Shown here: positions 8,741 to 17,080 of the stretch, in pieces | How positions within the stretch are numbered: position 1 is the stretch's first letter | Layout: every line of letters begins with the position of its first letter | From: Candidatus Saccharimonadota bacterium | Lineage (GTDB): Bacteria > Patescibacteriota > Saccharimonadia > Saccharimonadales > Saccharimonadaceae | DNA length: 32,000 nucleotides | Direction of reading: 5' to 3' | Assembly (NCBI GenBank): GCA_049296095.1 | Contig: JBAQRV010000001.1 | Span: 300,001 to 332,000 of the forward strand | Program-made: the position numbers and the translations under genes | Notes under the pieces: model-generated | Seen by the model: the letters and a program-made list of their open reading frames with translations, nothing else | What the model was told of the DNA's origin: nothing | The model's database searches: none

Positions 8741-8784
8741 GTTTGTAAGAAAAAGAGAGGAGAGAGTACTGTGCTTTTCCTTAT

Positions 8785-9696
8785 CTATTGGTAGACGGCG
8801 CGACCACCAATGCGAACATCAATATAGCTTGGCGACTCGCCACGGCTTTGCAGATACCGTAAGGCTCTGGTCATATCCTCGACCTGCTCCCCTGCTCCCC
8901 TGTCGATTGATAATTTTATCAACGATCCTACATCCTTCAGTCGGATCTCGAGCAGACGCGTCGTCCCGCTCGGCAAGATCGCCTCCACTACTTCGTAGCC
9001 GCTGTCTTTAGACAGCCCCACTACCCTACCTACAAAACTCAAAAAACGCGCGCTAGCCACCGTACTTCCCTGCTCTGGGCTAATGCCGCTCTCATCAATA
9101 ATCTGAACGTTTGGGGGTTGAAAATAATTCTTCTCAAAGACGACTCCTTGGTCATCAACGTAGTACTGGCGGCTATTGATTTGCCACCCGGCCAAAGGCT
9201 GGCGAAAAGTCATTGCGAAACGCGTCTCAACAATGTTGTGGGCACCAGTTTGTTGAACCCGAGCAACCTCAGGAGCGATAGCTGACACATAGTCGCTCAG
9301 CTCTTGTTCGTTAAGCAAGAATCGCAGGCGTGCAGCTGGATGAATGCCAAGATAGTCATTAATAATTTTTTCATACTTTTCACCATCAATTGAACTATTA
9401 AGGCTCGTTGTTGAGCTGGTAATAAGTACTTTGGCCGTCATTTGTGTTAAAAGCAGTGCGAGCACGCCAATAGCAATCAGGACAATCAACAAAATCCCAC
9501 CAACCTTGCGTCGCTGACGAGTTAAATGATGAACTTTGGAACGCGGCGAGGCGGCCTCTGCCAAAGTTTCACGGCGAACACCACTCATCGTCTGATTACG
9601 ACGAAATTGCTGCGGAACATACTCCTCAGGGCGTGGCTGACGGTCAGCCAGTCGCCGAGCAGGAACGGTCGGTTTGCGCGAACCGAATAACTTCAC
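8785..9696 (-). CDS. ftsQ: cell division protein FtsQ/DivIB-like
   Basis: Basic N-terminal tail, a single TM (GGILLIVLIAIGVLALLL), then a POTRA-like ectodomain. It occupies the last position of the dcw cluster, and its start overlaps the murG stop by 4 nt. Confidence 0.7.
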   Translation of the reverse strand: MKLFGSRKPTVPARRLADRQPRPEEYVPQQFRRNQTMSGVRRETLAEAASPRSKVHHLTRQRRKVGGILLIVLIAIGVLALLLTQMTAKVLITSSTTSLNSSIDGEKYEKIINDYLGIHPAARLRFLLNEQELSDYVSAIAPEVARVQQTGAHNIVETRFAMTFRQPLAGWQINSRQYYVDDQGVVFEKNYFQPPNVQIIDESGISPEQGSTVASARFLSFVGRVVGLSKDSGYEVVEAILPSGTTRLLEIRLKDVGSLIKLSIDRGAGEQVEDMTRALRYLQSRGESPSYIDVRIGGRAVYQ

Positions 9697-10841
9697 CGAC
9701 GTGCCTCCATGATGAGCTTGGCCATGTCACGAGCAGCATTTGGCTTACTAAAACGCGCGAAGCGCTTAGCCATTGCAGCAGCCTCTTTTGGATCATCTAG
9801 CACGGCCTTTACCTCATCGACGAGCAATCGTGGCATGTCGATCATTGATTCCTCATTCAGCACTCGAACTGCCTCTGCCTGTTCATAGACAACAGCATTC
9901 TTTACCTGATGTCCACCGGTTAGTTTGGCATTAGGAATCAGGATTGTTGGCTTAGCCAGTGCTGCAAGCTCGAGAATCGTGGTCGCGCCAGCCCTCGTCA
10001 CGACAACATCAGCTGCCCCTAGTAGACTGTGCATATTGGTGACAAATGGATACAGCTGAAAATGCTCGCTATCGCTAGGCATCAGAGCACGCAGTTCGTC
10101 GTACTGCCCTGCCCCGGCAATCAAGACCACCGAACCAAGTCGTTGTAATGGACGCAACACTTCTGCGACAGTGTCATTGATACGTTTTGCTCCAAGTCCC
10201 CCACCCGTCACAACAATCAGAGGTCGCAAGGGGTCAATCCCCCACTCTACCTTGGCGGCTCGTTGCTCACGAACACTATACGGACGGAAGGCATCGCTAA
10301 TAGGAATACCAACGTATCGTGCCTTGGTCGCTGGATACGGATAGTACTCGAGAGGTGCACCAGTCCCAATAAATCGAGCCCATCGAGATAAAATACGATT
10401 GGTGAGCCCCGGGTGAGCATCAGAATCGTGAATCACCAATGGGATTTTCAATACGTGCGCCGCCAGTCCAACTGGCAAGCAAACATAGCCGCCTTTAGTG
10501 AAGACGACATCTGGACGCCAGATAGTTAATTTCACCAAGCTCTGTAAAAACCCGATACCGATCAAGAACATGTCACGAGTGTTTTGCAACATCAATGTTG
10601 GCCAGGTAATATGCTGCCAGATCGTCAGATGATGGTAGCGCCGCAGCTTTCCAGCCACAATCGTATGTACAGGTATCGTTGCATCAAATACCTCAACTGT
10701 TGAACGAGCTTGAGGCGCAAAATTGCGATCGCACCAAAAACGAACATCAATCCGAGGATGCTGAGCCCGTAACTCTTTAAGAACCGCTACGACTGGCGTA
10801 ACGTGTCCGCCCGACCCGCCGCCCACTGCCAGAATTCTCAT
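9693..10841 (-). CDS. murG: UDP-N-acetylglucosamine:LPS/undecaprenyl-PP-MurNAc-pentapeptide GlcNAc transferase (MurG)
   Basis: MRILAVGGGSGGHVTP N-terminal G-loop, the GT28 two-domain pattern (VTGGGLGA ... TRAGATTILE), and dcw context. Confidence 0.9.
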   Translation of the reverse strand: MRILAVGGGSGGHVTPVVAVLKELRAQHPRIDVRFWCDRNFAPQARSTVEVFDATIPVHTIVAGKLRRYHHLTIWQHITWPTLMLQNTRDMFLIGIGFLQSLVKLTIWRPDVVFTKGGYVCLPVGLAAHVLKIPLVIHDSDAHPGLTNRILSRWARFIGTGAPLEYYPYPATKARYVGIPISDAFRPYSVREQRAAKVEWGIDPLRPLIVVTGGGLGAKRINDTVAEVLRPLQRLGSVVLIAGAGQYDELRALMPSDSEHFQLYPFVTNMHSLLGAADVVVTRAGATTILELAALAKPTILIPNAKLTGGHQVKNAVVYEQAEAVRVLNEESMIDMPRLLVDEVKAVLDDPKEAAAMAKRFARFSKPNAARDMAKLIMEARR

Positions 10842-12045
10842 TAGCGTTCTCCTTTATTCTTGATGAATGAACTGTATAACGTGAAAGTTGGAATACCAAC
10901 CCAAGCGCCGCCGTGATAAAGACCATACTGGTACCTCCAAAGCTGAGTAATGGAAGGGTAATTCCTGTCAGAGGGAAAATCCCAATCATCGCCGCTATAT
11001 TAAGGATAACATGCGCACCGAACCAACCAAAGACGCCAGCCACAAGCAATTTGAGGCGAATATCAACCAAATGGTCCATTACCTTTAAAAGACGCATAAG
11101 AAGCGCCACAAATACCGCCAGAAGCGCCATTAACCCAATAAAACCAAACGTTTCACCCAGAATTGCAAAGATTGAGTCATTAATCGCTTCAGGAACATAC
11201 CCTGTTGCTTGGACACTATTACCAATACCTACCCCGAACAGCCCCCCGGTACCAATTGCGATCTTGGCATGTTCAATGTGATATGCCTCAGGGTCTTCCG
11301 TTGAGGTGTTATCCCCTTGCAAAAAGGTAAAGACACGCTCAACACGGTGGGGTGAGCTAAAGATCAGAATAAGCCCACCAACCAATATTAGGCCTCCGAT
11401 AATTGCTAGTATCTTCTTGCTGAGTCCAGCAATGAACAGCATCGTAAAGATGAGGGCCGTCAGGGCAATGCCCGTTCCCATATCCTTCTGTACCACAATG
11501 ATGAAGCCGAGTGATACCGCCGAGACAATCGCTACCGGGACAAGCGTTTCTTTGACGTCATTAACCTTATTTTCTTTAGCCTTCATTCCGAGGAATACCG
11601 CCAAATAGACCAATACACCAAACTTGACGATCTCAGCAGGCTGCAGGCTTCCTAATATACCCAAGTTGAACCAACGAACCGCACCGTTTATCTCTTGAGC
11701 AAAGGGCATTCCAGCGGCTCCGGAAATAGCCAAAATGACACAGGCGATCAACCCAGCTATTAACAATTTTGTCCCGTGTTTTATGACCAGCTTATATGGT
11801 AGTACGGCCATGACCGCAAATGCAACCAACGCCAATAACAGACTAATGGTCTGCTTTATAAAGAAATAACTATCGGAATAGTTACTGCCGAAGGCATTAT
11901 TAAGAACGTTAGCACGCTGTGGTCCGATCGCATAAATAACCACCAGGCCAACCAGCATTAGGATACCGGTATATAAAACGATCATGTAGTCGGGCCGATG
12001 CCGACGAACAACATCGCCTGTACGCTCGCGCCACCCCGGTTTCAT
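10777..12045 (-). CDS. ftsW: SEDS-family peptidoglycan polymerase FtsW/RodA
   Basis: Polytopic membrane protein with SEDS-like motifs (FGSNYSDSYFF..., QPAEIVKF, GTGGLFGVGIGNS, FPLTGITLPLLSFGGTSM). I chose the start at ATG 12045 (MKPGWRER...), one nt after the mraY stop, because the longer ORF to 12105 would overlap mraY. The C-terminus overlaps murG by 65 nt. Confidence 0.85.
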   Translation of the reverse strand: MKPGWRERTGDVVRRHRPDYMIVLYTGILMLVGLVVIYAIGPQRANVLNNAFGSNYSDSYFFIKQTISLLLALVAFAVMAVLPYKLVIKHGTKLLIAGLIACVILAISGAAGMPFAQEINGAVRWFNLGILGSLQPAEIVKFGVLVYLAVFLGMKAKENKVNDVKETLVPVAIVSAVSLGFIIVVQKDMGTGIALTALIFTMLFIAGLSKKILAIIGGLILVGGLILIFSSPHRVERVFTFLQGDNTSTEDPEAYHIEHAKIAIGTGGLFGVGIGNSVQATGYVPEAINDSIFAILGETFGFIGLMALLAVFVALLMRLLKVMDHLVDIRLKLLVAGVFGWFGAHVILNIAAMIGIFPLTGITLPLLSFGGTSMVFITAALGLVFQLSRYTVHSSRIKENANENSGSGRRVGRTRYASRSGS

Positions 12046-12046
12046 A

Positions 12047-13081
12047 TTAGATATTGCCCCCAGCAAGTGCCAGCAAGACCCCGACGAATGAAGCAACGGC
12101 CGCAATCACCCAGAAACGCATCGTCACCTTTGTCTCAGGCCACCCGATAGCCTCAAGGTGGTGATGAATCGGTGCAGACAAGAAGATCTTTCGTTTAAAG
12201 ACTTTTTTACTAAAAATCTGGATTAAGCTCGAGCCTGCTTCAACGACGAAGACGATCCCGATAATCGGCAAAAGGAAAAGTGTGTCAGTCAGCATCGCGA
12301 CAACACCTAGCGAGGTACCGAGCGCAAAGCTACCCACGTCACCCATAAAGAAGCGAGCGGGATAAATATTAAACCAAAGATAACTCAACAACGCACCGAC
12401 CACTGTAAAACAGAACCCCGCAATCATAGGATTCCCTTGTAACAATGCAATGATACCAAAGCTTCCAAAAGCGATCGATGCCAGCCCGCCGGCCAGACCA
12501 TCGAGGCCATCACTGATGTTAACTGCGTTACCGGCCGCCACTACCACAAAGGCAAAGACAGGAATGATAAACCAGCCGAGTGCAACACTCCCAATAAATG
12601 GAATGTGAACCGAGTCGATACCGAGCTTTGTAAAGAAGAACCACCCAAGGAAGACACCGATAGCAGTAATCATCAGGAACTTCAACTGTGATCGCAACCC
12701 AGCGGTCCCTTTGCCCGAGCCACGAATGTTAATGATGTCGTCCAATAGACCCACTGCAGCACCGCCAGCGAGTGCCGCGAGCGGTAGCCACGTTTCACGT
12801 CGATCGAGATTAAAGAAGAACGTCACAAGGACAATCGAGAACACAAAGATTGCTCCTGCCATGGTAGGAATATTACGTCTAAATTTATTAGCGTGTAGTT
12901 TTGTAAAGACACTTGCCGCCTCGCCCGTCGTTGAGGTAACGCGTTGCTTTTTCCAGAACTTGAACCTATAGGCAATAAAGGTATAAACCGGGGTCATCAC
13001 CATGGCAATCAAAAAGGCCAAGACGCTTAATACAAAGGTACGGGTTAATTCATCAGTGAGGGCTTCGGTCACAAGTTGCAT
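12047..13081 (-). CDS. mraY: phospho-N-acetylmuramoyl-pentapeptide transferase (MraY)
   Basis: Ten-TM-like profile with MraY motifs (GLLDDIINI, NAVNISDGLDGLAGG, MGDVGSFALG, PIHHHLE). Confidence 0.92.
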   Translation of the reverse strand: MQLVTEALTDELTRTFVLSVLAFLIAMVMTPVYTFIAYRFKFWKKQRVTSTTGEAASVFTKLHANKFRRNIPTMAGAIFVFSIVLVTFFFNLDRRETWLPLAALAGGAAVGLLDDIINIRGSGKGTAGLRSQLKFLMITAIGVFLGWFFFTKLGIDSVHIPFIGSVALGWFIIPVFAFVVVAAGNAVNISDGLDGLAGGLASIAFGSFGIIALLQGNPMIAGFCFTVVGALLSYLWFNIYPARFFMGDVGSFALGTSLGVVAMLTDTLFLLPIIGIVFVVEAGSSLIQIFSKKVFKRKIFLSAPIHHHLEAIGWPETKVTMRFWVIAAVASFVGVLLALAGGNI

Positions 13082-13082
13082 A

Positions 13083-14825
13083 TTATCCTTTCGGTTGAAT
13101 CTTTAAATAGTCCAGCATCCAGTTAGAAATCTCGGTGAAAATCGGCAGTGCATCACGAGCACCTTGTAACTGTTTGTCTTTGCCTGATACTCGTATCATT
13201 ATGACATACTCAACCTCATTCCCACCACCATATCCCAGGTAGCTTCCGATCGATTCTGTATCACTATACCCACCAGGTGCACTGACCTGCGACGTACCGG
13301 TCTTGCCGCCAATATAGTAGCCAGCTTTATCGGTCCGACCAAACGATTCAGCACGAGCATCATGCATCGCCTGCTTGAGCGTATCAGAGGTTGCCTGAGA
13401 AATTAATCCAGTTGCGATTGGTGCATTATTTGGTTTTTGATCAAAACCTTCATCGGTCATATAGCCATCAATGATGGTTGGCTTGTAGTAATTACCTCCG
13501 TTAATGAGGGCGCTAAAGCCAGTCGCAACCTGAATCATCGTCGCGTTCATACCTTGTCCAAATGACATTGTCGCATATCGTACGGCGTTTCCCTGAGCAT
13601 CCTCTGGAGAAATCACTGACCCCTTTGCTTCATTCGCTAACTCAATTCCAGTGTATTCACCCATTCGGAATCGGTTATGGAAATATTCATACATGGTATC
13701 GCGAGCAGTCCGATTCACCGATTCTCCGTCACCTAGGCGCTGAGCAATGGTCACGAACCCTGTGTTGAGCGACCAAGTCAAGGCATGTTGGAAGGTAATA
13801 ATGCCCGTCTGACCTCTTGTTGCATTTCCAACAGTGTAATTATCGCCAATTTTTATTGAGTCTGTGTTGTTGTAGGTATCAGTCGTTTTTACTGCCCCTT
13901 TATCAACTGCTGTAGCTAGTGTGAATGTCTTGATAGTCGAGCCAGGTTCGTAAGGATCCGAGATAACTGCATTATTAAAAGCAGCTGCATCCTCTACCTT
14001 AAAGTACTCGCTAGGATTGTATGTTGGCACATTAGCCATCGCCATAATCTTACCGGTATGTGGATCCATCACCATTGCACTCCCATAGGTAGCACCTGTT
14101 CGTTGCACACCTGCAGCTAAAGCCTGTTCAACACGTGATTGAATATTACGATCAATCGTCAGTACAACATTCTTACCATCTTGCTCTGGAATACGAATAT
14201 TATTATTACCGATCGTGAGGGGAACATTGCTCACGTCAGTGACCGCCTGCAATAGCCCGTCAGTTCCCTTCAGTTCGTCCGCCAATGCACTCTCGATACC
14301 ATAATTCCCCACCCCTTCGGCGTTCACGAACCCAAGTACCTGTGCGGCCAACGACCCCTCAGGATAGACCCGTTGACTCACCTCTTGGAAGCCAATGCCA
14401 TGTAAATTCTCTTCTTTAATCTTGTCGGCTTGTACGCGTGTCAATTTAGTCGCGAGGATCTGGTAGCGAGTGTCCTTCTTATCGAGTAACTTATCGAAAT
14501 CCGTCCGAAGATTACCACCGGCAACCTTCCGCAGAACATCGACAACTTTCTCTTTCTCATCGACCACCACAGGGTCAGCAAACACCGTGTAAACATTCTC
14601 ATTCATCACCAGTTGTACAGTACTATCGCCACTTTTGGCGTAAATAAGCCCGCGACTGGCCGGAATAACAAACCGGCTCTGTTGCTCCGCCATCGCCCGA
14701 GCCTTGTAAGTCTCATGTTGAATAATCTGCAAGTAAAAAAGCCGCACAACGAAAATGGCAGCGATCCCAAAGATCACAGCTGCCAGTATGCGTGAACGAC
14801 TTCCTTTTAACAGTTCTAGTTTCAT
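13083..14825 (-). CDS. ftsI: class B penicillin-binding protein / transpeptidase (FtsI-like)
   Basis: N-terminal TM anchor and dimerisation domain. Transpeptidase motifs are present: STIKTF (SxxK), SLN (SxN) and KTGTS (KTG). dcw context. Confidence 0.9.
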   Translation of the reverse strand: MKLELLKGSRSRILAAVIFGIAAIFVVRLFYLQIIQHETYKARAMAEQQSRFVIPASRGLIYAKSGDSTVQLVMNENVYTVFADPVVVDEKEKVVDVLRKVAGGNLRTDFDKLLDKKDTRYQILATKLTRVQADKIKEENLHGIGFQEVSQRVYPEGSLAAQVLGFVNAEGVGNYGIESALADELKGTDGLLQAVTDVSNVPLTIGNNNIRIPEQDGKNVVLTIDRNIQSRVEQALAAGVQRTGATYGSAMVMDPHTGKIMAMANVPTYNPSEYFKVEDAAAFNNAVISDPYEPGSTIKTFTLATAVDKGAVKTTDTYNNTDSIKIGDNYTVGNATRGQTGIITFQHALTWSLNTGFVTIAQRLGDGESVNRTARDTMYEYFHNRFRMGEYTGIELANEAKGSVISPEDAQGNAVRYATMSFGQGMNATMIQVATGFSALINGGNYYKPTIIDGYMTDEGFDQKPNNAPIATGLISQATSDTLKQAMHDARAESFGRTDKAGYYIGGKTGTSQVSAPGGYSDTESIGSYLGYGGGNEVEYVIMIRVSGKDKQLQGARDALPIFTEISNWMLDYLKIQPKG

Positions 14826-14829
14826 AGGC

Positions 14830-15180
14830 TTATTGTTGGACGTATTGTGTATTGGTTGAGGCCGTCATTTCGCGAGCAACGCTACTGTTTTTGACCGTTT
14901 CAAGTGCCGTGAGGCGGGCGTTTTCGATTTCAAGGTCGCCTTTTTGGTCATTAAGTTCAGCAATTTGGCTATCAATCTTCTGAGACTCGTAGTCATAGCT
15001 GGTGGCACGCGTTGCCTGGGTGAGATAAATCAGCCCAAGAACGGTAATCATCAATGCCACAATAACCGTGTGTGCCACGGGACCCAGCTTAACAGCTGAG
15101 GTGAATCGGGTCGTATTCTGGTTACGAGACCAGTTTTGCTGACGGCGACTCGGAATATAAGTACTTTGTGAGTATGACAT
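14830..15180 (-). CDS. ftsL: FtsL/septum-formation-initiator-like protein
   Basis: Single TM (VIVALMITVLGLIYL) followed by a coiled coil (IDSQIAELNDQKGDLEIENARLTALE). It sits between rsmH and ftsI. Confidence 0.6.
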   Translation of the reverse strand: MSYSQSTYIPSRRQQNWSRNQNTTRFTSAVKLGPVAHTVIVALMITVLGLIYLTQATRATSYDYESQKIDSQIAELNDQKGDLEIENARLTALETVKNSSVAREMTASTNTQYVQQ

Positions 15181-15361
15181 TAGTGGTGGTGTTTCTTTTT
15201 GTGTTAGGTATTTTTATTTTGGTGCTCCTCCCCTAGGCCATGAACCCAGGGGAGAAACTTTTTTGGCGTTACTTGACGCGTACGGCCACGATTTGTGGCT
15301 TGTCAGCGTACTGAACGTGAATGTGAATTGGCATGGTGTTTTGCCCTTCCCTTTTTTTGTT

Positions 15362-16249
15362 TTATTTTTTCACTGCGACCCGTAGTTTTGCACTACGAGA
15401 CCGCGGATTGTGAACATCATCGGTGGCTCCTGAGATCGGCTTTTTCGTGACTGGTTGGAGGATGGCTTCGAGGCCTTCTTCAAACTGGTCTTTGAAATAG
15501 CGTTTGACAAGACGGTCTTCTAAACTATGGAAACTTATCACTGCGACCCTTCCGCCCTTATTCAAAAGGTTTGGCAGGAGTGGCAGTACTTCCTTAATTT
15601 GTCCGAGTTCGTCGTTTACGGCAATGCGGAGCGCTTGAAACGTGCGCGTGGCTGGGTGAATTTTCATCCACTTCCCACGATGGTGTTGCTTGATCAGTTC
15701 AGCGAGTTCTTCAGTACTAGCAAATGGTCGGTTCTTGACGATCAGTTCCGTGATGTGGCGAGCTTGTCCTACGGACTCCTCTCCATAGTCATGGATGATC
15801 GTTTGAAGTTGCCGGACGGTTGCGTTGTTGATGAGATCATTGGCAGTATGTTCTTGCCTTCGATCCATCCGCATATCCAGCGGACCACTATTTGTAAAAG
15901 AAAACCCTCGTTCGCCCTGGTCGAGCTGTGGTGACGACACCCCCAAATCAACCAGGATGAGATCAAATGCCTTCCCTTCCTCTGCGAGCTGTTTAGCAGC
16001 TGACACAAAATCGGTATGCATAAGACGCGCTCCTTTTGATGCAAAGTCTGACAAATGCTCAATTGCATAGTCATCCCGATCAACCAGAACGCTCTCCTTG
16101 TAATTTCCCGTTTGTTCAAGCACGCGACGAGCATGACCTCCATAACCTGCGGTGAGATCGAGATAAGACTCGCCTTTCTTCGGTTGGAGCTGTGCTAGTA
16201 CGGCGTCGAGCAGTACGGGAACATGTTGTGGTGGATGTTCTTTACTCAT
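15362..16249 (-). CDS. rsmH: 16S rRNA (cytosine1402-N4)-methyltransferase RsmH/MraW
   Basis: HVPVLLDAVL...YLDLTAGYGGHA...DLGVSSPQLD...ISFHSLEDRLVK are hallmark RsmH motifs. Confidence 0.93.
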   Translation of the reverse strand: MSKEHPPQHVPVLLDAVLAQLQPKKGESYLDLTAGYGGHARRVLEQTGNYKESVLVDRDDYAIEHLSDFASKGARLMHTDFVSAAKQLAEEGKAFDLILVDLGVSSPQLDQGERGFSFTNSGPLDMRMDRRQEHTANDLINNATVRQLQTIIHDYGEESVGQARHITELIVKNRPFASTEELAELIKQHHRGKWMKIHPATRTFQALRIAVNDELGQIKEVLPLLPNLLNKGGRVAVISFHSLEDRLVKRYFKDQFEEGLEAILQPVTKKPISGATDDVHNPRSRSAKLRVAVKK

Positions 16250-16330
16250 TACGCCCCAGTATACACTGAGTTGTATTCGAGATCACCTAACTGATAGTCA
16301 GGCTGTTTGTTTTCGCATTGTGTTTGTTTT

Positions 16331-16389
16331 AAAAAGTCAGATTAGGTAATGGTGGGAGTAGCACGGATGCTTCTGCCCTAACCTAATCT
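16331..16389 (-). terminator. putative hairpin/attenuator between mraZ and rsmH
   Basis: Perfect 9-bp arms AGATTAGGT (16339-16347) / ACCTAATCT (16381-16389) with imperfect inner pairing. On the - strand the hairpin is followed by GACTTTTTAAAA. Confidence 0.4.
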
Positions 16390-16559
16390 TGTTGAGAGAC
16401 TTATGTGAGGTGGAGTTTTGGGAGGTGTGTTTTTTGAGGAAGGTACGCCTAGTTGTTTAATGTGTCCTAGGATTCCACGCCTCACTACCAGATAGTTGAT
16501 CTCGAGAGTGTTTCTTGTTTGTTTTGTTAAAGAACCGAGCTTGTCAGAAAAATATAACC

Positions 16560-16934
16560 TTATTCGGCATTCGGGAGAGAGATGCGCCAGTAATCCCCGG
16601 CCCTCACAGCTTCGATGTCACGATCGATGCCGGCGTACTCCAAGAGATGCTGCTCAATCGTCACTCGTCCCTGTTTTTGGTCGAGATCGGCTTCAGTCTT
16701 GCCACGTCGGAAACGGACATTCATATCGGCGGTCTTCTCATCGAGAATACTGCCAGGTGCATGAAGTGCCGGTTCAACGTCTCGTTCCCACACAGCGCGG
16801 GGGTAGAGATGAAGGTAACGACCAAATCCCCTAGTAAGGACCACGCCTGATGCAAATTCTGCACGAAGTTCGACGGGAATAGTCAATCGACGTTTATCGT
16901 CTAATCTTCGTTCAAAATAATCTACACTGGCCAT
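16560..16934 (-). CDS. mraZ: transcriptional regulator MraZ
   Basis: Two SpoVT/AbrB-like half-domains (LDDKRRLTIPVELR and LDQKQGRVTIEQHLLEYAGI). It is the first gene of the dcw cluster. Confidence 0.88.
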   Translation of the reverse strand: MASVDYFERRLDDKRRLTIPVELRAEFASGVVLTRGFGRYLHLYPRAVWERDVEPALHAPGSILDEKTADMNVRFRRGKTEADLDQKQGRVTIEQHLLEYAGIDRDIEAVRAGDYWRISLPNAE

Positions 16935-17015
16935 TTGGTACCTTCTCTATGGTTTGTAAGGTTATTTTTTAATGTAATTGTTTGTTTTGTGGGCTCTTCT
17001 TTTCCACTGAGCTTC

Positions 17016-17049
17016 ACTATACTACCCACATTTACCCACTACAACCCCC
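17016..17049 (-). promoter_or_regulatory. mraZ/dcw promoter overlapped by three 10-bp-phased GTGGGT-type repeats (putative MraZ operator)
   Basis: The - strand reads GGGGGTtgtaGTGGGTaaatGTGGGTagTATAGT. The repeats lie at + strand 17044-17049, 17034-17039 and 17024-17029. The -35 is TTGTAG (17039-17044), the spacer is 17 nt and the -10 is TATAGT (17016-17021). Confidence 0.65.
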
Positions 17050-17080
17050 AACTTTGACAATATTTGAAAGTCTGTCCTAC

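Noticed and set aside
16496-16850. Two overlapping + strand ORFs (112 and 111 aa) across the mraZ locus
   Set aside because: They are antisense to a confidently recognised mraZ, have no RBS or promoter, and have Arg/Ser/Cys-rich compositions typical of antisense shadow ORFs. The same reasoning applies to the many other ORF-track entries nested in or antisense to the called genes (for example 22-411, 566-889, 5319-5687, 10913-11281, 24387-24866, 27694-28131, 29633-30151).
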